A stretch of DNA of 64,000 bases. Source: Chloroflexota bacterium. Its GTDB lineage: Bacteria; Chloroflexota; Dehalococcoidia; Lucifugimonadales; Lucifugimonadaceae. Made by a program: the position numbers and the translations under genes. Positions within the stretch are counted from its first letter, which is position 1. Every line of letters starts with the position of its first letter. Below the pieces are notes generated by a model that worked only from the letters and a program-made list of their open reading frames with translations, was not told the DNA's origin and did no database searches. The DNA is taken from NCBI GenBank assembly GCA_027623655.1, contig JAQBVG010000001.1, positions 9,817-73,816 of the forward strand, given 5' to 3'. Below, in pieces: positions 1 to 7,846 of this stretch.

Positions 1-136
1 GCGGGAATGGATCCCAGTAGATCGAGTTTCGCGTGTCGCCGCCGGGCATGAACCTGGCCGCCTTTTGATGCAGTTCAGCAGACTTCGGATTGGCTGCCCT
101 GTAGGTGGCGATCTCTCTATCCAGTGATGTTGTCAT
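1..136 (-). CDS. Class-III PLP aminotransferase (glutamate-1-semialdehyde aminomutase-like), first 45 codons only; the gene runs off the window edge
   Basis: The reverse complement from the ATG at 136..134 reads MTTSLDREIATYRAANPKSAELHQKAARFMPGGDTRNSIYWDPFP and is open to position 1. The A..FMPGG..R pattern is the usual N-terminus of this aminotransferase class. It is not in the ORF track because it is truncated. Confidence 0.4.
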   Translation of the reverse strand, partial: MTTSLDREIATYRAANPKSAELHQKAARFMPGGDTRNSIYWDPFP

Positions 137-179
137 TTCGGTGCTCTTGTTTTCGTGCGTCTTTTCTCAGATGAACATC

Positions 180-977
180 TTAGGTGTCGGTCAGTGCTTC
201 CAGTAACGCCGGGAGCGCAAGACCTGCCGTTGAGCGCAACGATAACTCACATAATGAGGTTAGTTTCGTTTCGGATGGGTTGATTTCGATCATAGTCGCA
301 CCGGCGGCTTTGGCGATCCACAACAGTCCGCTGGCGGGCCTGACGGTTGCAGACGTGCCGATTGCAATCACGCAGTCTGCACGGTCGATCTCTGCCCTTG
401 CGGATCGCATTACGTCTTCTGGGATGGGCTCTCCGAACATCACGGTGTCGAACTTGACCAGTCCACCGCAAACTCCACACGGGTCCGGGGCGAACAGCGG
501 TACGACATCGGCAAGTAAGACACGATCATTGCAGTCGACGCACCGTAGTTTCTGGCGGTTGCCGTGAATCTCAAAAAGTTTGTCGACACCAGCTTTTTCG
601 TCCAACCCATCAATATTTTGAGTGATAACTGAGTTCAGCGCGCCGATCTGCACCATCCCCGCCAGGGCGAAGTGTCCTGCGTGGGGCCTCGCATTTTTCA
701 GTGCGTCTCGCAGCTCCATTATGTGGGCATCGATCTTCTCGTTGGTTCGACGGTTCCACCAGCCGATCGGATCTTTTCGAAACCGCGAATAGCCGTCCAT
801 CGGAGGTGTTCCATACTTAGTCCATAGCCCGTCAGTGCCACTGAACGGTGGAATGCCGCTTTCGACCGACATTCCGGCACCGGTCATGGCTACGGTGTGA
901 TCGGACTGCCGCAATATCGATGCTATCTCCCCGACCTGGGAGCGTAGATCAGGATTGTGCTCGAATGTGGTGATCAT
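180..977 (-). CDS. cobB: NAD-dependent protein deacylase, Sir2 family
   Basis: 265 aa. Carries GAGMSVESGIPPF..GLW, QNIDGL and HG motifs plus a CxxC...CxxC zinc ribbon (CVDCN ... CGVCGG). TAA stop. Overlaps the recF stop by 4 nt. Confidence 0.9.
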   Translation of the reverse strand: MITTFEHNPDLRSQVGEIASILRQSDHTVAMTGAGMSVESGIPPFSGTDGLWTKYGTPPMDGYSRFRKDPIGWWNRRTNEKIDAHIMELRDALKNARPHAGHFALAGMVQIGALNSVITQNIDGLDEKAGVDKLFEIHGNRQKLRCVDCNDRVLLADVVPLFAPDPCGVCGGLVKFDTVMFGEPIPEDVMRSARAEIDRADCVIAIGTSATVRPASGLLWIAKAAGATMIEINPSETKLTSLCELSLRSTAGLALPALLEALTDT

Positions 978-2188
978 TGCCGCCGGGCGCTGGCAATGGC
1001 GTCCTGTGTGACTCGACCGTTCATCACGGTATAGATATCAGCCCGTTCGAGAAATTCGTCGGGCAAGATTCCCGGCTCTGTTGCCGTGAGGAGCACCTGT
1101 TCATGCTGGGATGCAGCATTGAGGACGAGCTTGCGTCGCTCTGGATCGAGTTCCGAGAGGATATCGTCGAGGGCGAGGACCGGCGTTCGGCCGGTCGAGC
1201 GCGTTACAAAAACTGCTTCTGCAAGTTTCAATGAGAGGGCAATCGTGCGAGATTGTCCACGGGAAGCGAACTGACCGGCCGGATTCCCGTTCAACTGGAT
1301 ATCGAGATCGTCACGGTGCGGACCAATCACAGTCAATCCCTGGGCAATCTCGCGTCTGCGGATCGTCGGAAGGGTCCGACCAATTGCTTGCTCGATCATT
1401 TCTGCCGTCATCGAGCCAACATCTGACCGACCGGCCGCCGACGTTGAGATCCGCGGCCGATAAATAAGCTCAAGATCGTCACCATCCGTGAGATCGCGGT
1501 GCGCAGGAACTGCGTGTGTGTTCAAGCCATCGATCGAACGCCGTCTGGAATTCGTCACGCGGGCGCCCTCGTAGGCGAGTCTCTCGTCCCAAAACGCCAG
1601 TTCGTCTTCTTCCGAGATACCGTCGCGAATTCGCCGCAATAACTGATTCCGCTGATTAACAACCTGGCCATAACGCTGCAGGGTTTTCAAATAGGCCGGA
1701 TCCGACTGAGAAATGAGAATATCGAGGTAGCGTCGGCGTCTTCCGGGTGATCCATGAATTATCTCGAGATCGTTCGCCTCGAAGAAGACGACGTTCAGGT
1801 TCCCGACGAAGTCAACGGCCGATCGCTTAATACCGTTGACCCTGAGTCCCTTGCGGAAGCCGCCTGTGGTAGCGGCCGAATACCCTTCCTGTGAGCTATT
1901 CAGCGCAGTCACATCAACATCGATCTGGGCCTGAGTGGTCGTATCCCCCTGGCGACCTACTCCCAGGATCTGCATGTGACCGCCTGTTTCGCCAAGCGAC
2001 CAGTTGACCAGATCGCGCTCGTTGGACGACCGAGGCGATTTTGCTATGGCCAACATGTAGGCAGCCTCAAGCAGATTGCTCTTGCCCTGGCCATTCCGGC
2101 CCTGGAAGAGGGTCAGACCGGGGCGCAACCCCAACTCTGTATTTGTGTGGTTTCGGAAACCAGTTAGGGAAAGCCTCGATAGGTAAAT
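974..2188 (-). CDS. recF: DNA replication/repair protein RecF; the track ORF starts at TTG 2134 but the conserved N-terminus continues upstream to an ATT at 2188
   Basis: Walker A GRNGQGKSNLLEA and a C-terminal signature/Walker B region (LLLDDILSELD-like: LALDDILSELD). Upstream and in frame, IYLSRLSLTGFRNHTNTEL matches the canonical RecF N-terminus (L..L.l.nFRN). An in-frame TAA lies at 2215..2213, and there is no ATG/GTG/TTG between it and 2134. Confidence 0.85.
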   Translation of the reverse strand: MYLSRLSLTGFRNHTNTELGLRPGLTLFQGRNGQGKSNLLEAAYMLAIAKSPRSSNERDLVNWSLGETGGHMQILGVGRQGDTTTQAQIDVDVTALNSSQEGYSAATTGGFRKGLRVNGIKRSAVDFVGNLNVVFFEANDLEIIHGSPGRRRRYLDILISQSDPAYLKTLQRYGQVVNQRNQLLRRIRDGISEEDELAFWDERLAYEGARVTNSRRRSIDGLNTHAVPAHRDLTDGDDLELIYRPRISTSAAGRSDVGSMTAEMIEQAIGRTLPTIRRREIAQGLTVIGPHRDDLDIQLNGNPAGQFASRGQSRTIALSLKLAEAVFVTRSTGRTPVLALDDILSELDPERRKLVLNAASQHEQVLLTATEPGILPDEFLERADIYTVMNGRVTQDAIASARRQ

Positions 2189-2408
2189 CGGAGTGCCTTT
2201 ACGATGATCGAGTTATCTTGATCAACTTCGAGCGGTCAGTCATTCAGTTTGCGAATTCTAGCATCGCGTCCCGCCGAGAAATCGTAGTGCTGGCAGGCAA
2301 ACACCAAAGTCGAACCTGTCGCACCCAACGTAGTACGGACAAGTTGAGAACCTCGAATTCAGTCGTACGAGGAACCTCGTCCGATTTGTAACATTTGTCT
2401 GCGAGCGG

Positions 2409-3500
2409 TTGATGCACAAAGTTGTGGGACTCGGCCTGATCGTCCTGTTGATCGGATACGTTGCGTGGATTGCAACGGGCGGATCGACGCTCAAATCCGG
2501 GGAGACCGTTTTGGTCGAAGCAGACGACGATTCGACCGCGCCAGGTTCGGATCCTCGCCCGCTGGAAATCGTTACTTTGCTCGGTTTCGACGCAATTCGT
2601 TCAATTGAGAGTCCCCGGTTCGTAGACACGAAAATCGCAGACGAAACTTACGGACAGGACGAACTCGTACTCGGCGTAGACATCGAGGGCGACGTACGCG
2701 CCTATTCAGTCCCTCTGCTCAGCCGTCACGAAATCGTCAACGACGTCGTCGGCGGAAAGCCGATTGCCATAACTTGGTGACCACTTTGCTTCACTGGAAT
2801 CGGGTATTCCAGAGAGATCGGCGGGGTAGTCCACGAGTTCGGAGTGTCTGGCAAGTTGATCATGAATGCTCTCGTAATGTACGACCGAGAGACCGAGTCG
2901 CTCTGGAGCCAGTTTTTATCCAGATCGGTCAAAGGGCAACTAAATGGAGTGCTGCTGGAGACGATCCCTCTCACCCTTACCACCTGGGCGAAGTGGAAAG
3001 AAATCCACCCCGAAACGATCGCATTGCGCAAGGCAAATAAAGGTGGTGATCCGTACCTGGGTTACTACAGCGGCCGATCGGCGGGCGTGATCGGAGAGTC
3101 GAACAAGGATGATCGGCTGCCCACCAAGGAGCTGGTTCTTGGCCTGGGTTTCGACGGCGATCCGGTAGCGTTCCCGCATTCTCAATTGCGTTCACAGAGA
3201 CTGGTCGAGACGCTGCACTCAGGCGCAGCAACGATAATCTTCTTTGATGCACAGACTGACACGGCGCTTGCATTCAGCGCCGTCGTCGGTGGACGAGAAC
3301 TCAGTTTCAAGATTGTCAACAGGAACGGTCGTGAGTGGCTCCAGGACGAACAAACTGGCACGTTGTGGGTCCCGTTTACCGGTCAGGCGGTCGATGGCGA
3401 ACTGGCTGGCAGCGCACTTCCTCGACTACACGCGGTGAATGCATTCTGGTTTTCGTGGAACGACTTCTATCCCGAAACCGCTGTGTGGAGTCCCGGCTAG
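2409..3500 (+). CDS. DUF3179-family protein with N-terminal membrane anchor; single in-frame TGA (2778..2780) read as selenocysteine in a U-P-L-C motif (candidate selenoprotein, 363 codons)
   Basis: - Track ORFs 2409..2780 and 2844..3500 are in the same frame.
- The only stop between them is the TGA at 2778..2780. Codons 2781..2843 are open and read PLCFTGIGYSREIGGVVHEFG.
- The joined sequence ...HEIVNDVVGGKPIAITW-U-PLCFTG...FGVSGKLIMNALVMYDRETESLWSQ matches my memory of the DUF3179 core (tyCPLC ... sG.L..snlvmyDreTeSlWsQ).
- The probable start is ATG 2412 (MHKVVGLGLIVLLIGYVAWIA is a TM helix). Confidence 0.7.
2794..2812 (+). promoter_or_regulatory. Candidate bacterial SECIS hairpin downstream of the DUF3179 UGA
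   Basis: CTGGAAT (2794..2800), loop CGGGT, ATTCCAG (2806..2812): a perfect 7-bp stem. After an A/A mismatch, 3 further pairs are possible (UUC/GAG region). The stem begins 13 nt after the UGA, and the loop contains G and GU as in characterised bacterial SECIS apical loops. Confidence 0.5.
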
Positions 3501-3630
3501 ACCAGAGCATCCACCACCCCCAATCGATGCACGATGTTATTGGCCATCATCGCAAGGAAGATAAACGCGACTCCGCCGAATGCCGTGCCGAAGATAGAAT
3601 GTGGTGCCGTAATTCTTCGTCAAATGGATT

Positions 3631-4164
3631 TTGTTCTGGCGGTGTGTATTGGATCTCAAGTCACTTATCCGCGACGTGCCCGACTATCCCACGCAGGGTG
3701 TGCTGTTCCGCGATATGACACCTCTGATGGCCGATCCAAGGGCGATGTTGCATGTCACGGAGACGCTTTCAGATCACCTGCGATCGAAGAAGGCTGAGGC
3801 CATCGCCGCAATAGACTCGCGTGGATTCATCTTCGGTGCACCCGTTGCAGCAAGGCTCGATATTCCTTTCATCCCGGTAAGAAAGGCAGGCAAGCTCCCT
3901 CCACCGGTGATAGGAGCGGATTACGAGCTCGAATACGGGAACGCCCGGCTCGAAGCGAGCATTTCGGCGGTCAGCGCGGGACAAAACGTTGCCATTGTCG
4001 ACGATCTGCTGGCTACGGGCGGGTCGGCAGGCGCCGCAGCAGAACTCATGGCATCGCTGGGAGCGAACATAGTTTCGATGGCGTTCCTCGTGGAACTCGA
4101 ATTTCTCAACGGTCGATCCAGATTACCTGCCGGTATCGACGTATTTACGATAGTGCAGTACTAG
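3631..4164 (+). CDS. apt: Adenine phosphoribosyltransferase
   Basis: DLKSLIRDVPDYPTQGVLFRDMTPLMADP N-terminus and the PRPP-binding loop VAIVDDLLATGGS. The true start is probably the second TTG at 3649 (LDLKS). Confidence 0.9.
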   Translation: MFWRCVLDLKSLIRDVPDYPTQGVLFRDMTPLMADPRAMLHVTETLSDHLRSKKAEAIAAIDSRGFIFGAPVAARLDIPFIPVRKAGKLPPPVIGADYELEYGNARLEASISAVSAGQNVAIVDDLLATGGSAGAAAELMASLGANIVSMAFLVELEFLNGRSRLPAGIDVFTIVQY

Positions 4165-4166
4165 CC

Positions 4167-4949
4167 GTGGATTTAACCTCTGTTAGTCGGCCTGTTGCCG
4201 TAACGTTCGATCTTTGGCAAACGTTGATATTCGAATTCGATGGCTCTTCAAAATCCGGGACACGTCGAAAGATCAGGGCCGAGTACGGCGAACAGGCGCT
4301 CTCACTGCAGGGAGAGTCGGTGACCCGGGACGCGATTGATCAGTTGTTGCTGGAACTGTCTGAAGAGATCACAGGTGGCCACGACCACGGCAAGGACCGA
4401 CCCTATGAGGACTGGATACGCCTGCTCATAGACAGAATTGACCCGAACCTGGGTTCGCGTCTTGGCAGGAAGGGTCTAGAGGACTTTGGCGCAGTGATCG
4501 ACCAATCGTTCATCGAGTCGCCGCCGCGGTTGATCGATGGTGCGATCGAGTTGCTTGAGAATCTCTCGGGTATGGGGCTAAAGATTGGCCTGATATCAAA
4601 TACCGGGCTGACCAGTCCGGCGACCTACAGAAAGTGGTTTTCGCAAATAGGTCTACTCGAATGGTTTGACTATCTGGCGTTCTCGAACGGTGAGGCTGTC
4701 GCCAAACCGAACAAGAGAATATTCGACGTTACGCTTGGCGCCCTCGATGTCGCACCCGAAAGGACGCTGCATATTGGCGACAACCTTCACACCGATGTCG
4801 GCGGAGCGGCCGCGGCCGGCATGTCTACGGTCTGGGTCCGAGGTGGTATCAAAACGCCTGTTGTGACCGAGGTTAGGCCCGATTACACCATCGATACGGT
4901 GCTTGAACTGGAGCACGTTGTGGAACGCTGGCTTGAGACGCAAATTTAA
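4167..4949 (+). CDS. HAD-superfamily hydrolase
   Basis: 260 aa. Motif I variant FDLWQTLI, SNT (motif II) and a C-terminal GDN..TD motif (HIGDNLHTDVGGA). Confidence 0.7.
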   Translation: MDLTSVSRPVAVTFDLWQTLIFEFDGSSKSGTRRKIRAEYGEQALSLQGESVTRDAIDQLLLELSEEITGGHDHGKDRPYEDWIRLLIDRIDPNLGSRLGRKGLEDFGAVIDQSFIESPPRLIDGAIELLENLSGMGLKIGLISNTGLTSPATYRKWFSQIGLLEWFDYLAFSNGEAVAKPNKRIFDVTLGALDVAPERTLHIGDNLHTDVGGAAAAGMSTVWVRGGIKTPVVTEVRPDYTIDTVLELEHVVERWLETQI

Positions 4950-5710
4950 ACGGCCATCGAAGGTCGAAGGAGCCGGCGGTGTGCAAATCGAACTGCGCCA
5001 AACACTAACCCGAAGTCGACGATCGTCAGCAGCCCAATGAAAATTGTTGCCTCGAAGAAGAACTGCTGGGGGAACATGATGATCAGGTAGTCGTTGTACG
5101 GGTCGAGGAGCCACAGGTCGTTTGCGAAGCTAAGGAAGTGAAACTGGGTGAACACCCATCCGAAGTTAATTGCGGAGGCAGCGCCGAAAACGATCAAGAA
5201 CCCGCCGGTTCCAATTGCCGACCACTTGAGCGATCTCAACAGCAACGCTGGCGCTTCTCGCTTTAAAACGGCACCGAAGCCGATCAGGACCAGAAGAAGA
5301 CCGACTCCTGTCCAGAGTGTCACCGCGAATACACCCTGGACCAGAGCCTTCACGTCGACCATGTGCAGTATTTCTCGTTCTTTGTACAGGGAGATGACAG
5401 TTCCGCCGTAGTTCACACGCAGGTCGAGAAACTCTTCGTCGTTTCCGAAGTACTCCTTGATCTGGTCCGCTCCGCTGTTGAGTTCTTCAACCGGCAGGCC
5501 AGTCCGGTTGGCGATGTCGTTCCGCCACCAGCCGTAGTCGTACAGCCACTCGCTGTTGGTGATGTAGCCAACGTTGAAAAGGATCAGAAATACCGGGAAC
5601 AAAATGGCAAACAGCGCCGCAGAGACGAGCGGCGCGATGTGGCGGGCATGGCGAGTTGACTCAGGGTTGTGCCGATTACGGGTGATTGCGAGAGGCATGA
5701 CGGTTAGCAT
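4946..5710 (-). CDS. Integral membrane protein, TIGR01906/DUF1461 family
   Basis: 254 aa with multiple hydrophobic helices. It carries the characteristic ...KEREILHMVDVKALV... motif (HM.DVK.L) of this family. Confidence 0.6.
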   Translation of the reverse strand: MLTVMPLAITRNRHNPESTRHARHIAPLVSAALFAILFPVFLILFNVGYITNSEWLYDYGWWRNDIANRTGLPVEELNSGADQIKEYFGNDEEFLDLRVNYGGTVISLYKEREILHMVDVKALVQGVFAVTLWTGVGLLLVLIGFGAVLKREAPALLLRSLKWSAIGTGGFLIVFGAASAINFGWVFTQFHFLSFANDLWLLDPYNDYLIIMFPQQFFFEATIFIGLLTIVDFGLVFGAVRFAHRRLLRPSMAV

Positions 5711-5765
5711 ACGTGGCAGTTTGTTGACGAGCGATGGTCAAACACGGAGGTTGCGATTGAGTTCA

Positions 5766-6530
5766 ATGAGTGAGCGGGCCAGGGCGGCCGGAGAGGCGTT
5801 TGCGGAGCTTGTGGGCACTGTGGAGACTTTGAGAGATCCGGGAGGTTGCCCGTGGGACGCCGAACAAACACATATTTCACTGCGATCAAACTTGCTCGAA
5901 GAGACCTACGAGGTGCTTGAGGCCATCGATTCAGGCGATCCGAAAAATCTCGAAGAAGAGTTGGGTGATGTCCTGACCCAGGTCGTTTTTCACGCTGACA
6001 TGGGCACTCGCAGTGAAAGTTTCGATGCCACTTCAGTTTGTGATGCTGTACGCGAAAAGTTGATCAGACGCCATCCACATGTCTTTGGCGGGGAGGCGGC
6101 ACTTTCCGATTCTGAGGATGTTGTTGATCGCTGGGAATCACTTAAGCGTGCTGAATCGGGCGGTAATCGTTCGGTGGTTGCGTCGATACCCTCTGCAATG
6201 CCAGCCCTGGCGTACTCATCTTCAGTTCAGCGGCGCGTGATGCGAGCGGGTCTCCCGTGGCCGGAAAAACACGCAATACCGCTGGTATTTGGCAAGATCG
6301 AGGGTGAATCGCTGGAAGATGGTGAGGAACGGGCAGGCGAGTACTTGATGGGGGTCGCAAGGCAGGTGCACGCAGCCGGAATCGATCCTGAAATAGCGTT
6401 GCGAAAGGCCACGGTGAGATTACGAAACCACGTGCTGCGTTCGGAAGAACTGGCAGGTGACGTACCACTGGCAGAACTGGACGATAGTGAGCGGATTCGC
6501 ATCTGGGATGCAACTGAAATAAACGAGTAG
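5766..6530 (+). CDS. mazG: Nucleoside triphosphate pyrophosphohydrolase MazG
   Basis: LRDPGGCPWDAEQTH...LLEETYEVLEAID...EELGDVL tandem MazG motifs. The ATG at 5766 (MSERARAAG) was chosen because the longer track ORF from 5574 overlaps the upstream minus-strand gene. Confidence 0.85.
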   Translation: MSERARAAGEAFAELVGTVETLRDPGGCPWDAEQTHISLRSNLLEETYEVLEAIDSGDPKNLEEELGDVLTQVVFHADMGTRSESFDATSVCDAVREKLIRRHPHVFGGEAALSDSEDVVDRWESLKRAESGGNRSVVASIPSAMPALAYSSSVQRRVMRAGLPWPEKHAIPLVFGKIEGESLEDGEERAGEYLMGVARQVHAAGIDPEIALRKATVRLRNHVLRSEELAGDVPLAELDDSERIRIWDATEINE

Positions 6531-6565
6531 CCACTTACCGAAGGGGCTACTGACGAGATTGCCCG

Positions 6566-7618
6566 TCAAGACCTGACTGTCACGACGCCCGGAGTACCGC
6601 TGGAAACCTCGCCGATAACTTGACTGTAAAGCGTTCGATTATCAATCAAACTCTTTACAAGATCGTCCGCTCGGTCTCGTCGCACTGAAATTAGCATTCC
6701 CCCTGATGTTTGTGCGTCGGCAAGAATCGTGAATTCAAGATCGGACACCCCGGTTGCGAGCATCACGGAATCTTTCAGACCGTCCATGTTACGAGCGGTC
6801 CCGCCCGATACTGAACCCGATCTTGCCAGTTCGAGCGCTCCCGGTAGTATCGGAACGCTGGACCAACTGACTGTAGCTGTCACTCCGCTGGCGCTCATCA
6901 TCTTTGACAGATGGCCGAGCAAGCCAAAGCCGGTGACGTCTGTGGCTGCGTTCACCCCGACTTCAAGCATGGCGTTGGCTGCACCCCTGTTCAACGCCGC
7001 CATTGATCTCACAGCCTCCTGGATCGACTCGGCGGAAGCGGTACCGGCCTTCCCGGCAGTCGTTATAAGGCCTGAGCCGATCGCCTTCGTCAGCACAAGA
7101 ACGTCACCCGGTTGTGCGTTTGCGTTTGTAATTTGTTCACCCGGCACAACTATCCCCGTTACGGCCAGTCCGTATTTCGGCTCTCTGTCGTCGATCGTGT
7201 GACCGCCGATGATCAGGATTCCCGCCTCCTCAGCCTTTACCTGGCCGCCTTCCAGGATCCGTGCGATTACATCGAACCCGAGGCTGCGTGGGAACGCTGC
7301 TATGTTGAGGGCAGTCAGGGGGGTTCCTCCAACTGCATAGACATCGCTGAGGGCATTTGCAGCGGCGATTCGACCGTAGTCGAAAGGGTCGTCAACAATC
7401 GGCGCAAAGAAATCGGTCGTGAGCACGAGAGCCACGCGATCGTCTATCCGGTAGATGGCAGCGTCATCGCCGGTTTCGAGTCCGACCAGCACATTTGGGT
7501 CAGTGATGGTCGGTTTTGGCAGCTTGCCCAAAACCTGGGCAAGTTCGCTCTGGCTGAGCTTTCCAGCTCAACCGGCGCAGGCTGCCAGTTCGGTTAGTCG
7601 CACGGGTTTATTGCTCAT
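6566..7618 (-). CDS. selD: Selenide, water dikinase (selenophosphate synthetase) containing an in-frame UGA = Sec at codon 17
   Basis: - The track ORF 6566..7531 carries the SelD body (LVGLETGDDAAIYRI...TTDFF.PIVDDPFDYGRIAAANALSDVYA.GG.P).
- Upstream and in frame, ATG 7618..7616 gives MSNKPVRLTELAACAG-TGA-AGKLSQSELAQVLGKLPKP.
- The TGA at 7570..7568 sits exactly where E. coli SelD has its glycine-rich-loop Cys (GCGCK) and where Sec-type SelDs have U.
- Total length is 1053 nt, or 351 codons including the stop. Confidence 0.85.
7523..7572 (-). promoter_or_regulatory. Candidate SECIS region of selD (two hairpins)
   Basis: Minus-strand RNA.
- GGUUGAGC-UGGAAA-GCUCAGCC forms an 8-bp stem that contains the UGA itself.
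- CUUGCCCA-GGUU-UGGGCAAG (7543..7523) forms a perfect 8-bp stem with a GGUU loop, 24 nt after the UGA. Confidence 0.5.
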
Positions 7619-7846
7619 GTGTACTAAATCGTGACATACACCAGGATGAAAATACATGGCGATGCCATCACATTTCGGCATCCATATGCCAGGAAAAGTC
7701 ACCCCACTTGACCCATGCGTACATGTGAAGGGTTATTCCAAATTGACGGGCAGAACCTCGCGAACGACAATTTGTTATTCCGATCCACCACCGGGTCAAT
7801 TAGCATCAAGATTCACCCACAAGAGTCGCGTGCCCAGAATATCCGC

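Noticed and set aside
2778-2780. DUF3179 TGA as a plain TGC/TGT-to-TGA nonsense mutation or base-call error
   Set aside because: This is not fully rejected. It is judged less likely for three reasons: the stop hits exactly the redox Cys of a CxxC motif, a SECIS-like hairpin follows at the correct distance, and a Sec-type selD lies nearby. It remains the main alternative hypothesis.
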